Translations under genes and position numbers: made by a program
From: Candidatus Gastranaerophilales bacterium HUM_1
GTDB taxonomy: Bacteria > Cyanobacteriota > Vampirovibrionia > Gastranaerophilales > Gastranaerophilaceae
Length of the DNA: 64,000 nucleotides
NCBI GenBank assembly: GCA_002103105.1
Contig: DAAY01000004.1
Location: forward strand, 27,746 to 91,745
Reading direction: 5' to 3'
The notes under the pieces: model-generated
What the model was told of the DNA's origin: nothing
The model's database searches: none
Seen by the model: the letters and a program-made list of their open reading frames with translations, nothing else
Shown here: piece after piece, positions 28,091 to 39,000 of the stretch
Numbering within the stretch: the stretch's first letter is position 1
Layout of the letters: every line of letters starts with the position of its first letter

Positions 28091-28977
28091 TGATTAATTT
28101 AGGCTTGAATAAAAACGCAACAAGAATGCTTACAGGATTTGCGATGGGTACACTTGTTATGCTATGTATTATTTTAGGGGATTTGGCTCTATTAATAATG
28201 CTTGCTGTAATGCTAATCTTTGGTTCAAAAGAATATGTTAAAATGCTAAACCACAAAGGTTTTTATCCAAGTTTAAAAGTTATTTATTTTACAGAAGCGA
28301 TTTTAGCATCCGTAGTATATTTCAAAAGAGTTGACCTTGTTGCAATAACACTTACAATTTGTGCAATGTGCTCGTTTATGTGGGTTTTATTCAGAGGACG
28401 CCAACCATACATCGCCAATGTTGCAACAACACTTCTGGGGATGGTATATTGCGGATGGTTCCCGCTTCATTTAATCTTTTTAAGAGATTTATCTTGTGCA
28501 AAATATGACAGCGGTCTAGCATTTGTCGTCTTGATGTTTACATCTATTTTATTAACAGATGTTGGGGCATACTACATCGGAACAAAATTTGGGAAGCACA
28601 AATTAGCACCAGTAATTAGCCCAAATAAAACAATTGAAGGTTCAATTGGGGGGATATTCTTTGCAGTTCTAGGAGCCTTGGTTATTTGGCTATATATGAA
28701 AACTTTATTATTAATTGATATTCATTGGTATATTGCAGTTTGTGGAGCTTTAATTTCAACGATTTTTGCCCAAATTGGTGATTTATGCGAATCTCTAATC
28801 AAGCGTGATGCTGGAGTTAAAGATTCTGGAAATAGTCTTCCTGGACACGGTGGATTTTTAGATAGAACTGACAGTTTTATCCTTACAATTCCAATTATGT
28901 ACTACTTCTGCAAATGTTTTGTGTTCCAAACTGAATGGATACATACACTAACTCACTTTGTGAAAGGATTATTCTAA
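28090..28977 (+). CDS. cdsA: phosphatidate cytidylyltransferase
   Basis: Signature SLIKRDAGVKDSGNSLPGHGGFLDRTDS in a polytopic membrane protein. The ATG overlaps the frr stop. Confidence 0.8.
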   Translation: MINLGLNKNATRMLTGFAMGTLVMLCIILGDLALLIMLAVMLIFGSKEYVKMLNHKGFYPSLKVIYFTEAILASVVYFKRVDLVAITLTICAMCSFMWVLFRGRQPYIANVATTLLGMVYCGWFPLHLIFLRDLSCAKYDSGLAFVVLMFTSILLTDVGAYYIGTKFGKHKLAPVISPNKTIEGSIGGIFFAVLGALVIWLYMKTLLLIDIHWYIAVCGALISTIFAQIGDLCESLIKRDAGVKDSGNSLPGHGGFLDRTDSFILTIPIMYYFCKCFVFQTEWIHTLTHFVKGLF

Positions 28978-29660
28978 TGAAATCTGTTGCAGATATTTTT
29001 GGAATAGAAACAATTACAAAAGATGCTTATCGATACGCATTAACTCATTCTTCTTTCACAAAAGAAAAAGAGTTGCCATACAATGAATGTTACGAAAGAC
29101 TTGAGTTTTTGGGAGATGCAGTTTTGAAATTAACAATTTCAGACGTGTTATTTAAGATGTTTCCAGATTTTCAAGAGGGGCAATTATCTAAAATTAGAAG
29201 TATCGTTGTATCAGATAACACGTTAGCAGATATTGCAAAGAAAAACGGATTACAAGACCTTATAATAATGAGCAAACACGAAGAAAAACAAGGATGCAGA
29301 AAGCTTAATTCAATCTGTGCTTGTGCTTTTGAAGCAACCCTTGGAGCTTATTATTTAGACGGGAAATACAAAGAATTAGAAACGTATATTGCAAAAACAT
29401 TCACACCATATATCAATGATGTGAAAGACCACTTTGAAAAATTTAATGCAAAAGCAATTTTACAAGAATACACTCAAGGAAAAACAAAAAACACCCCAGT
29501 ATATACTGTTTTACGAGAATTAGGACCTGAGCATAAAAAAGAATTTGAAATCGAAGTAAAATATAATGATGAAGTTCTTGCAGTAGAAAGAGGGCTTTCC
29601 AAAAAAGAAGCTGAACAAAAATGTGCATATTCTGCGTGCAAAAAATTAGGAATTATCTAA
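28977..29660 (+). CDS. rnc: ribonuclease III
   Basis: ERLEFLGDAVL catalytic signature and C-terminal dsRBD. Start moved to MKSVADIFG (ATG 28977 in a TAATG overlap with the cdsA stop). Confidence 0.85.
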   Translation: MKSVADIFGIETITKDAYRYALTHSSFTKEKELPYNECYERLEFLGDAVLKLTISDVLFKMFPDFQEGQLSKIRSIVVSDNTLADIAKKNGLQDLIIMSKHEEKQGCRKLNSICACAFEATLGAYYLDGKYKELETYIAKTFTPYINDVKDHFEKFNAKAILQEYTQGKTKNTPVYTVLRELGPEHKKEFEIEVKYNDEVLAVERGLSKKEAEQKCAYSACKKLGII

Positions 29661-29661
29661 A

Positions 29662-30309
29662 ATGGCAAAAATTATCGTTTCTCCATCTATTTTATCAGCA
29701 GATTTTGCAAACCTTGAACGAGATATAAAACTTGTTGAACGGAATGGAGCAGATTGGATTCACGTAGATGTGATGGATGGACATTTCGTACCTAATATTA
29801 CGATTGGAATACCTGTTGTAAAATCGATAAAAAAAGTTACAACATTGCCACTGGATGTGCATTTGATGATTGAAAATTCAGAAAAATATATTGAAGATTT
29901 TGCAAATGCAGGAGCAGACATTTTAACATTCCACTATGAAGCAGTAAAAAAAGAAAATATAAAACCACTCATAACTAAAATTAAGAACTTAGGAGTAAAA
30001 GCGGGATTATCAATTAAACCTAAAACTCAACCTGAAGAAATTCTAGAATTTTTACCAGATTTAGATTTAGTTCTTGTTATGACAGTAGAGCCAGGGTTTG
30101 GAGGTCAAAAATTTATGGCTGATTGTGCTGAAAAGATTAAAATAATTAAACAGCACGCTACCCAAAATTTATTTATCCAAGTTGATGGTGGAATTAACGC
30201 AGAAACAGGGAAAACATGCACAAAATATGGAGCAAACTCTCTTGTTGCGGGAAGTTATATCTACAAAGCAGAAAATATCAAAGAAGCAATCTCAAGCCTT
30301 AAACATTAG
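29662..30309 (+). CDS. rpe: ribulose-phosphate 3-epimerase
   Basis: PSILSADF, HVDVMDGHFVPN, LDVHLM, MTVEPGFGGQKF, VDGGIN. Confidence 0.9.
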   Translation: MAKIIVSPSILSADFANLERDIKLVERNGADWIHVDVMDGHFVPNITIGIPVVKSIKKVTTLPLDVHLMIENSEKYIEDFANAGADILTFHYEAVKKENIKPLITKIKNLGVKAGLSIKPKTQPEEILEFLPDLDLVLVMTVEPGFGGQKFMADCAEKIKIIKQHATQNLFIQVDGGINAETGKTCTKYGANSLVAGSYIYKAENIKEAISSLKH

Positions 30310-31447
30310 CACCATCAACATACTGACCTTCTCGAATTTTCTTTTTCAAGATTTCATCCAAACTTGCAGTCTGATTATTTGCTAAATCAGTTTTGTCACT
30401 ATTTGAAGTTGAATTATTTTGAGTTTTTCCTGCTTCTTGGCTATTTGAATCTGAATTTTCATCAGAGCCAGCTTCACCTTTCAAAACTGGAGCCGCAGCA
30501 ACGCCAGTTTTTGATTGAACTTGAATTTTAAAACTTGATGCTGTTGATTTATTCGCATTATTAATATCAAGAGTCTCATTTTGTAAATTTAAAGTATTAT
30601 CAGAGGCATCAACAGCACTATTACCAGCGTTAATAGTTGTTTTAGCGATTGGCATATAATAAAATATGCCCATTAAGCCACTTCTTTTCGCAACATCCAT
30701 CAACTCATTACCAACAGTAACAGTTTCTCCTCCAAAATCAAGAGCAGAATCAATAGTTGGAGTTTGAGCATTAATTAAGGAATCAAAACCAATCAAGTTC
30801 GCTTCTGTTGCAGAAATTTCTGATTGACCTTGAGTTCCCATTTTCTGCAATTCTTGTTGTAATCTATTTATTTTTGCGAAAGTAGATTTGTCGCTTTTAT
30901 CTTCATTTATTTTTGAAACTTCATTTTTAAATTCATTTTGAGTTTGTTCCGCTTTAGCAAGAAGCTCATCCATATAACTTTCTAATTCTTGAATTTCATT
31001 TACAGAAGCATCCTGAGCATCCGAAATTATACTAGCAGATTCATTCACCGCCTTACGTCCAGCATTACTATCGGAGGTAAAAGAAATAGCCTGATCAACA
31101 AGACTTACTCCATCTTGTTGTAGCTGTTCTCTTTTTGTTTGAGCCTCAGTTTTATTTGTTTCCTCAGTCGTTGTATCACCAGATTCGTCAACTGGAGCCG
31201 TTTCTTCGGTATTTTCAGATGCCACATCAGAGGTATTAGTTGAAGTTTCAACAGAGGACGAAGATGTAGCCTTTTCATATGTTGTCACATCGTCAGAATA
31301 TATAGAATTGACAAAATTCTGAGCCCATTGAATATATTGGCTCGGAACATCAACTCCTTGTTCTTGATATTTAATTATCTGATTTGCCGTTAACCTCCGC
31401 CAATCAATTTGGCGAGGAGATATAGCTTCTATTCGTGATACGTCCAT
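30299..31447 (-). CDS. hypothetical Ser/Thr/Asn/Glu-rich protein with central coiled coil
   Basis: 382-aa ORF, no signal peptide or known motif. Its 3' end overlaps the convergent rpe stop by 11 nt. Confidence 0.5.
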   Translation of the reverse strand: MDVSRIEAISPRQIDWRRLTANQIIKYQEQGVDVPSQYIQWAQNFVNSIYSDDVTTYEKATSSSSVETSTNTSDVASENTEETAPVDESGDTTTEETNKTEAQTKREQLQQDGVSLVDQAISFTSDSNAGRKAVNESASIISDAQDASVNEIQELESYMDELLAKAEQTQNEFKNEVSKINEDKSDKSTFAKINRLQQELQKMGTQGQSEISATEANLIGFDSLINAQTPTIDSALDFGGETVTVGNELMDVAKRSGLMGIFYYMPIAKTTINAGNSAVDASDNTLNLQNETLDINNANKSTASSFKIQVQSKTGVAAAPVLKGEAGSDENSDSNSQEAGKTQNNSTSNSDKTDLANNQTASLDEILKKKIREGQYVDGANV

Positions 31448-31601
31448 AGTAAACCCTTGTTTTTTAAATATATATACGGAATAAAATATAAAATCTTTAG
31501 CCCCTAAGAGAAAATGTTAACAAATTTTACGTTCATCTATTAAAGGGATATAATTTTACAAATTAGGAGTATAATAGAAAAGCAAGAAAAGAGGATTTAT
31601 C

Positions 31602-31985
31602 ATGGTTGATTACAAAGAATTGATGGATAAAGCAATAGAAGTTTCTAAAAACGCTTACGTTCCTTATTCCCATTTTCCCGTTGGAGCTTGTGTTTTAACA
31701 ACGTCAGGAAAAACATACTGTGGATGCAATTTTGAGAACGGAAGCTATGGACTAACAATTTGTGCAGAAAGAAACGCTATTGGCAGTGCAATTGCCGATG
31801 GAGAAAAAAAGATTAAGGCTATTGCAATTTATTCCCCAAAAATGAATAAGTGTATGCCTTGCGGAGCTTGCAGACAAGTTATAGCAGAATTCGCAGAATC
31901 AGATACGGTTGTACTTCAAAAAATTGGAGAAGAAATTCGTCCATATACAATAAACGAACTTCTTCCAGAAACATTTGTTTTATAA
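31602..31985 (+). CDS. cdd: cytidine deaminase
   Basis: 127 aa. CAERNAI and PCGACRQ zinc-binding motifs. Confidence 0.85.
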   Translation: MVDYKELMDKAIEVSKNAYVPYSHFPVGACVLTTSGKTYCGCNFENGSYGLTICAERNAIGSAIADGEKKIKAIAIYSPKMNKCMPCGACRQVIAEFAESDTVVLQKIGEEIRPYTINELLPETFVL

Positions 31986-31987
31986 AA

Positions 31988-32221
31988 ATGTATATTTTAG
32001 AACTTTTATTTAACGCATTCAAAAATAAAAAAATCAAAAAACAAACTTATGACCCAATGGAAATAACAGGTACAGAATTGGAAGAAGATTCTGATGAGTG
32101 TGAACATCTTTTTCTCCCTCTTGATTCTTCAAACGAATACTTTGCCTGTAAGTATTGCGGTCTGGTCGTACCAAAAGAAAAACTTAAAAATAAAAACATC
32201 TTTGAAAATAAATCATTCTAA
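31988..32221 (+). CDS. possible small protein, 77 aa, with CxH...CxxC
   Basis: ATG 31988 lies 2 nt after the cdd stop. The longer track ORF (31850) overlaps cdd out of frame, so it is trimmed. No SD sequence. Confidence 0.3.
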   Translation: MYILELLFNAFKNKKIKKQTYDPMEITGTELEEDSDECEHLFLPLDSSNEYFACKYCGLVVPKEKLKNKNIFENKSF

Positions 32222-32289
32222 TAGAAACTCGGAGAATTAAAAAACTTCTTTCACTTAGTAAAACTACTAAAAAGAAAGGAGTTTTTATT

Positions 32290-32574
32290 ATGAAAAATTT
32301 AGGTGAAACAATTAACAACATAATGGAAGAAAATTCAAGCAATAGAATTCTTATATTGACAAACCATTTACAAATAGTAGGGACTATCCATGAATACAAA
32401 AACAAATGCGAAAATTGCCACAATTGTCTAATCGCACTTAAAAATGTAAAAATCGCACGCATTGAGGATCTTTTGAACTGCGAAGAAAGTTGTGAATGTA
32501 ACTTACACATATTTAAAGAATACGATTGGTTTAATATCTGTGTAGATGCAATTGTCGGATTTTCAATAATTTAG
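32290..32574 (+). CDS. small Cys-rich hypothetical protein, 94 aa
   Basis: Good AAAGGAG RBS. CENCHNC and CEESCEC motifs. Followed by a strong terminator. Confidence 0.4.
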   Translation: MKNLGETINNIMEENSSNRILILTNHLQIVGTIHEYKNKCENCHNCLIALKNVKIARIEDLLNCEESCECNLHIFKEYDWFNICVDAIVGFSII

Positions 32575-32582
32575 GAATTAAA

Positions 32583-32614
32583 AAAGGTGTTCTGATTTCT
32601 TTCAGAACACCTTT
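32583..32614. terminator. bidirectional intrinsic terminator
   Basis: AAAGGTGTTCTGA-tttctt-TCAGAACACCTTT with A/T runs on both sides, between the convergent 32290 gene and rpsU. Confidence 0.7.
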
Positions 32615-32632
32615 TAAATTTATTATTAAATC

Positions 32633-32806
32633 TTACACTTTTCTCTTACGAGCAGCTTCAGATTTATGTTTTCTTTTAACGCTAGGTTTTTCATATCTTT
32701 CACGTTTTTTAACTTCTGAAAGAATGCCAGCTTTTTGAATTTTTTTCTTAAAACGTCTCAAAGCACTTTCAATGCTTTCGTTTTCGCCAACTTTAACTTC
32801 TGCCAT
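32633..32806 (-). CDS. rpsU: 30S ribosomal protein S21
   Basis: Hand translation of the minus strand: [57 protein letters not shown] (57 aa). GGTGGTGA RBS. Below the ORF-track length cut-off. Confidence 0.85.
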   Translation of the reverse strand: MAEVKVGENESIESALRRFKKKIQKAGILSEVKKRERYEKPSVKRKHKSEAARKRKV

Positions 32807-32846
32807 TTATATTTTCACCACCTTTATAGCTTATTGTTATGTACCT

Positions 32847-32875
32847 AGTATAATATAAAAGCCTGAAAATAGCAA
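32847..32875 (-). promoter_or_regulatory. sigma70-type promoter for rpsU
   Basis: On the minus strand: TTGCTA, 17-nt spacer, TATACT, about 40 nt upstream of the rpsU ATG. Confidence 0.4.
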
Positions 32876-33008
32876 CTTTTGCCTGTTTTGTTAACAATTG
32901 TTACAGACAAATCCTAAAAAGTTATTTCTTCTGCTAATAAATAAAAACCTTGAAGTAAATATTCTCCAAGATTTTTATTCTAACTAGTCAATATTTTAAT
33001 AATTATGA

Positions 33009-33260
33009 CTATCTACCTCTAAAATAGTCACAAATCAACTTCTCTTGTCGAGGAAGCAAATGTTTAATACGATTCACCAATGAATTATTTTGTAAATCAT
33101 CAAGTTGTTTTTTTAAAATTGCTTTTTCCAATAACATTTTGTTGTACAAATCTGAACACACTTCACTCTTATCAATATGTACTTTCAATTTCGCCAGTTG
33201 TAATTCCTTTTCACGAATAGATGCAATAAGTTTTCGTTTCACCTTGAATAAACCTCTCAT
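33009..33260 (-). CDS. doubtful small coiled-coil ORF, 83 aa
   Basis: No SD sequence. The C-terminal LLPRQEKLICDYFRGR resembles the start of a sigma region-4/HTH segment that then stops, so it may be a gene remnant. Confidence 0.25.
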   Translation of the reverse strand: MRGLFKVKRKLIASIREKELQLAKLKVHIDKSEVCSDLYNKMLLEKAILKKQLDDLQNNSLVNRIKHLLPRQEKLICDYFRGR

Positions 33261-33324
33261 ATATCACATTATTAGAATAAACTGTTCTGACAAATTTAAA
33301 ATCAACTTTTTAGGTGATTTTGAA

Positions 33325-33873
33325 CTATACGTTCAATAAATCATACTCATAACCGAGTTTTAAAGCTTCAACATTTTTTGGAATTAAGTGCTTTCTATGA
33401 GGCGGAATCACATTATACAAAGCTTTTTCGAGAGTTTCTAAAGAAACCAATCCACAAGCTTTAGCTAATAAACCTAATGCAAGTATATTAGACATTTTAA
33501 TATTTCCCAACTTTTCCTCAGCCATTTGAGTTATTGGAGCGAATACATAATTTATATCATCTCTTTTTTGAATTTTTTCCGCTAAAGAAGTGTTCACGAT
33601 GATAGTCCCACCAGCTCTTACAATTGGCGTAAATTTATCAAATGAAGCTTGATTTAAAACAATAATATAATCAGCATGAGATTTTTGAACAGCACTTACT
33701 TCTTCATCAGCCATTGAAATAGAACAATTTACTGTTCCTCCTCTCATCTCTGCACCATAAGAAGGATACCAAGTAACTTTTTTATCATCAAGCATAAAAG
33801 CATTTGCTAAAACTTCCCCAGCAAGCAAAACGCCTTGTCCGCCAAATCCTGCAATTATAAAATCTTTTTCCAT
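33325..33873 (-). CDS. 2-oxoacid:ferredoxin oxidoreductase, gamma subunit
   Basis: IIAGFGGQGVLLAG...YPSYGAEMRGG is typical of the gamma subunit. Last gene of a delta-alpha-beta-gamma operon (OorDABC/KorDABC order). Confidence 0.8.
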   Translation of the reverse strand: MEKDFIIAGFGGQGVLLAGEVLANAFMLDDKKVTWYPSYGAEMRGGTVNCSISMADEEVSAVQKSHADYIIVLNQASFDKFTPIVRAGGTIIVNTSLAEKIQKRDDINYVFAPITQMAEEKLGNIKMSNILALGLLAKACGLVSLETLEKALYNVIPPHRKHLIPKNVEALKLGYEYDLLNV

Positions 33874-33884
33874 AATTTTTATCC

Positions 33885-34640
33885 TTAATTATTATTTTCT
33901 GTTATATCTTTATAAACACCAGGTTTAAATACTTCCATCATCTCATTTTTTACTCTGTCATGAGCTTTTTCTGGAGTCATTCTCCAATTTGTTGGACAAC
34001 TTGAAAGAATTTCTACAAAACCAAAGCCTAAACCTTTTTCTTGAGCTTCAAAAGCTTTTCGAATAGCTTGTTTTGCTTTTCTAATATTTGGAACAGAATC
34101 CAATGAAACTCTTGCACTGTAAGCAGTACCATCACACATTGCGATATGTTCTGCAATCTTAATTGGATAGCCATAGTATGGAACATTTCTACCTGTTGGA
34201 GAAGTTGTTGTTACTTGACCTAACAATGTTGTTGGTCCAAGCTGACCACCTGTCATACCATAAGTTGTGTTGTTGATACAGATAGCAGTAATTTTTTCAC
34301 CTCTCAATGCAGCGTGCATACTTTCAGCCAAACCAATTGATGCAAAGTCCCCATCACCAGAATATGTAAATACACATTTTTCTGGTTTTGCTCTTTTTAC
34401 ACCAGTTGCAACAGCTAAAGCTCTACCATGAGGAGCTTCAATTGAATCAACATTGATGAAATCATAAATTGTAACAGAACAACCAATAGAAGTTGCTGCA
34501 ATTGTATTTTCAGTTAAACCCATTTCATCCAAAACTTCTGCAACCAATCTTACGGCTACACCGTGATCACATCCAGGACAAAATGTATATTTTGCATCTT
34601 TTTTCAAAGATTTTGGTAATTTAAAAACTTGAGTTTCCAT
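33885..34640 (-). CDS. 2-oxoacid:ferredoxin oxidoreductase, beta (TPP-binding) subunit
   Basis: FCPGCDHG, SGDGDFASIG, NNTTYGMTGGQ thiamine-diphosphate motifs. Confidence 0.85.
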   Translation of the reverse strand: METQVFKLPKSLKKDAKYTFCPGCDHGVAVRLVAEVLDEMGLTENTIAATSIGCSVTIYDFINVDSIEAPHGRALAVATGVKRAKPEKCVFTYSGDGDFASIGLAESMHAALRGEKITAICINNTTYGMTGGQLGPTTLLGQVTTTSPTGRNVPYYGYPIKIAEHIAMCDGTAYSARVSLDSVPNIRKAKQAIRKAFEAQEKGLGFGFVEILSSCPTNWRMTPEKAHDRVKNEMMEVFKPGVYKDITENNN

Positions 34641-35704
34641 TATAATAACCCCTCCACTTTAGCTGCAATTTCTTCAGGAGCAGGAGGAGTTCCAACCCCT
34701 TTATGAAGTAATTCTACTGGAACTTTACCATTCACAGCCAATCTAACATCATTGACCATTTGTCCCATATTAACCTCTACAACTACAAACTTTTTAGTTG
34801 TTTGAGCCAATTCTTGTAATCTCTTATTTGGGAATGGGAACAATGTAATAGGTCTAAATGTTCCAGCCTTGATACCTTTTTGTCTTAGCATTTTTGCTGC
34901 TGTTCTAACATTTCTTGAAGTTGAACCGAAACTTACTAATACAACATCAGCGTCTTCTGTTCCTATTTCTTCCCATTCTGTTTCTTTTTCTTCAATTTCA
35001 GCATATTTCTTGTACAAATTGTCTAAAAATTCACATTGTTTATCCGCTAATGGAGCATAAGAACGAATTATACGAGCATCCCGCCCTTTTGCACCAGTTA
35101 AACACCAAGAAGAATTATCTATCTCTGGATATGGATAAGGCTTGAATTCAACAGGCTCCATCATTTGTCCTAACAAACCATCCGCCAAAAGAACAGTTGG
35201 GTTTTGGTATTTGTGAGCCAAATAAAATGCCTTGTATGTCAAATCAACACATTCTTGAACAGTAGATGGAGCAAGAACGATAAGTTTGTAATCTCCATTT
35301 CCACCACCTTTTGTAGCTTGGAAATAATCTCCTTGAGAAGGGTAAATATTTCCCAACCCTGGACCACCTCTCATAACGCTAACTAATACGATAGGTAATC
35401 TATCAGATGTTGCATATGACAAAGCTTCTTGCATAAGAGATACTGCACAAGAGGATGAAGAAGACATTGCTTTTACACCTGTTGAGCATGCACCCAATGT
35501 CATATTGATTGCCGCAAGTTCACTTTCGGCTGAAACATACGCTCTGCCAAGTTCTTGCATTTTGCCACTCATAAATTCTCCGATTTCACTCTGCGGAGTG
35601 ATAGGATAACCAAAATAGCACTGACATCCAGCTAATACAGCAGCATTTGCTATTGCATAGTTACCTTTCATTAAAACTTTTTTACCTGTTAAACATTCAA
35701 CCAT
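34640..35704 (-). CDS. 2-oxoacid:ferredoxin oxidoreductase, alpha subunit
   Basis: MKGNYAIANAAVLAGCQCYFGYPITPQSEI and the downstream SAESELAAINMTLGA pattern. Confidence 0.85.
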   Translation of the reverse strand: MVECLTGKKVLMKGNYAIANAAVLAGCQCYFGYPITPQSEIGEFMSGKMQELGRAYVSAESELAAINMTLGACSTGVKAMSSSSSCAVSLMQEALSYATSDRLPIVLVSVMRGGPGLGNIYPSQGDYFQATKGGGNGDYKLIVLAPSTVQECVDLTYKAFYLAHKYQNPTVLLADGLLGQMMEPVEFKPYPYPEIDNSSWCLTGAKGRDARIIRSYAPLADKQCEFLDNLYKKYAEIEEKETEWEEIGTEDADVVLVSFGSTSRNVRTAAKMLRQKGIKAGTFRPITLFPFPNKRLQELAQTTKKFVVVEVNMGQMVNDVRLAVNGKVPVELLHKGVGTPPAPEEIAAKVEGLL

Positions 35705-35710
35705 ATAATA

Positions 35711-35923
35711 TTATCCTTTATAAACCTCTGTTATAGCCAAATCTGGACATCTTGTTGCACACATTGCACAACCTAAACATTCATGATTTGGATCACAAAA
35801 TTCAACAACTCTATCGCCTAACTTGTTAGTTTTTTCACTAATCTTAATCAAATTTTTCGGGCATTCTTTTATACATAAGTAACATGATTTGCACTTGTTT
35901 TCATCAATTACTATTCGGCTCAT
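35711..35923 (-). CDS. 2-oxoacid:ferredoxin oxidoreductase, delta (4Fe-4S ferredoxin) subunit
   Basis: Start moved to MSRIVIDENKCKSCYLC (GAAAGAGGGG RBS). Two Cys clusters, CKSCYLCIKECP and CLGCAMCATRCP. Confidence 0.75.
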   Translation of the reverse strand: MSRIVIDENKCKSCYLCIKECPKNLIKISEKTNKLGDRVVEFCDPNHECLGCAMCATRCPDLAITEVYKG

Positions 35924-36097
35924 TGTATCCCCTCTTTCAAATCTATTCCTCAAAAACATTTTAACACTAATACTAAAATTGAATAACTTATTTGTTTTAT
36001 TCTTAACATTTGTAATAAATACACGTAATAAAATTTACTAAATTATCTATGCTTGGTAAGATTAAATTGTAGGGATATATATTTTAAGGACTAAGAA

Positions 36098-39000
36098 ATG
36101 GCTCAAGAATTAGAATTAATTGTTGATTTACTAAAGGAGATGAAGAGAGTTAATAGCACTAACATGGAGGGTTTTGACCGTTTGCTTGCAAATATTAGCA
36201 ACAGACTTGATTCTCTCGATGGGAACGTTGCTTCTGCCGAATTATTAAAAGCTTATTTGGGAGAATTAACAAAGAAAGTAGAAGAAAAATATTCTACAAC
36301 AATAACTAAATTTTCGGATATAGAACAAGCTTTGAGATCAATATTCTTAGACCAGCAAGAGCATGTCCGCAATAAAGACATGAAAGAATTGTTCGATATT
36401 TTTTCTAAGAACATGAATGGATTCTACACAGAAGCAAAACAACAAAAAGCCCTACTCTCTGGAATTGAATCTAGATTATCAGACTTGAGCAACAATAAAT
36501 CAGATAAAGAAGACATTCTTAGAACTATAACCCTACTTAGAAATGATTTTGAAAACCTTAACCATGCCTACAAAAATACAATTGACGAAGTTAATTCAAA
36601 CTTAAAAGGAATCTTAACAAATCTGATTAAGATGGATCAAACTGCAATTAATACAGAAATGAAGGAACAGCTAGATATCCTTTACAAAGCAACAAGCGAT
36701 ATTGTAAACGTTCTAAAAGCAATTGATGAAAAAGATGCACAAATTGAAAAGGTTTTGGCAAACGTTGCAACAAGCGAAAACTTAAAAATCGCTCAAGGAG
36801 TTTTAGACTCAATAATTGAAAAAACAATAGATATTTCATCATCTATTGGAAATCTTGCAGACAAAAAAGATATTGAGGGACTTCAAGCGGCTGCTGTTAT
36901 TATGAACAACAAACTTGATGAAACCTCAACAAAAGAAGATTTTTCAAAAATTAACCTTAAAACAGAATCCTTACTAACTCAAACAGAAGAAGTTAAACAA
37001 ACACTAGCAGACGTTACGAAAAATATTGAAAAACTTCCAAATACAACTCAACTTGAAGAAGCTTTGGCTGGAATTTTTCAAGATACAAAAAAACTTCAAG
37101 AAGATATAGAATCTGCAAATATAAAAAACGAAGTAAATAGCATTGAAGAAAAGGTAAACTCATTAACAGACGAACTAACCACTGTAAAAAACATTATTGA
37201 AGATATAAGTGAAATATTAACTTCAAAAATCCTTTCTTCAATTGAACAAATATCATTTGAAAATGAAGTATATGATATTAAAGAACATGTGTCAAACATG
37301 GTTGCTCAATTACCTCAAAAAGAAGACATTGAAAGAATTCTAGAAGAACATCATGCTCATAACAAAGCTCTTAACTCTATTTTAGAAAAAACTGATGTTA
37401 TCCAAGATAAGTTAGATAACCTTCCAACGCACCAAGATATGGAAATTCTTAACAACAATCAACTTGGACTTATTGAAAACCTTCAAGCCGTTGCGACAAA
37501 AGAAGATTTTGAAGCGTTATCTACGAAATCAGATAATCTTGAAGAAAAATTAGAGAACCTAAATTTTGATAACGAATTTGAAAACATTTACGATAAAACA
37601 TCTTCCATTGAAGAATGGCTAGAAAAGTCAAAAATCAAAGAAAAGACAGAGGAAATAACTGAAAAATTAGAAGCAAAATCAGAACAGAAAGATTTGCTAG
37701 AGCTTTTAAACTTGACTAAAAATATAATTAAAGAACTTGAAGAACTATCTGAAAACGCAGATGTAAAAAAAGTTAATAGAACTGTTGCAGATATTTACCA
37801 AATGATTGATGAATTAAAGACAGACTTGATGAACACTCAAGAAATGCACAATGATTCAATCATAGTACAACTTTCTGAATTGCAAAAAACAATTTCAAAT
37901 GTAGTAACAGCGGAAGAATTTTCAAAATTCATCGATGAACTCAAAGATTTTATTCAAAGAATTTTAAACCATACAGAAAAATTAGCATCTGATTTTGGAG
38001 ATGTTAAAAAATTGCAAGATGATATCATATTTAAACTTGATAATATTGATATTTCTAACATTGAAAACACAATTCAGAAAAATATTGAATCAGCATCTAG
38101 CAATTTGAAACAAACAATTGAAAAAAAACATGAAGATTTATCAGAAAAAGTTTCAAATATTGATACAAAACTGATTACTATTTCTGAATATCTAAACAAC
38201 GGAATTAAGCTAGACGATGCAACTTTAAAAACAACTATCAAAGAAATTCGTGAAATTCTTCAAAATAAAAAATCTAGTTTTGATAATATAGAAAAGGATA
38301 CAAATAGTGTTGTTGAGGACGTTCATAAATATGTTAACGAAATCAAAAATTTATTAGGTTCTTCAAATAAAGATATTTCAAACGACGTAAAGGAAAAATT
38401 AACAAACCTAGAAAATCTCATTGTTAGCTATAAAGCTTTCAATGAAAATCATTTTGAAAAAATTCTTGATAGACTTAGTGCTTATGAAAACCTTGCAGGA
38501 GCAACCAGTCTTCCTTCTAGTGAAATTGCTGGTTCAATTTCAGAATTGGGCGAAATTAAAGACCAAATTATTCAACTTGGAGAAACCTTTAATTCTTTGA
38601 CAAAAGTTGAAAATATTACAGACAAAGATATTTCCTCATTCATTTCAGATAAATTGAATGAACTTGGCGAAAATTTAAACGAATTATCTAACAATGTGGA
38701 AAATGGAATTCAACAAGGTTTTGCATATAATGCCGAGCTTATTGAAGAAAAAACAACAATTATTCTTGGATTTATCAAAGAACTTCGTCATGCCAGCACT
38801 GAAGATATTGATTTGTTTGAAAGATTAACTGTTACAGACAACAAATTAATGGATTTGCAACAGGAATTAGAACTAATTAATACTGACGTTATTAATGGAT
38901 TAACTTCTAAAACAACAACTTTAATTGAAGAACTAGCTCCAATTAAAGAATTGATTAGAGTCCTAAAACAAAATAACGATCAAATAACAAAACAAGAAGT

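Noticed and set aside
31850-31987. N-terminal 46 codons of track ORF 31850-32221
   Set aside because: They lie out of frame inside the well-supported cdd gene. Only the part after the cdd stop (from ATG 31988) was kept, at low confidence.
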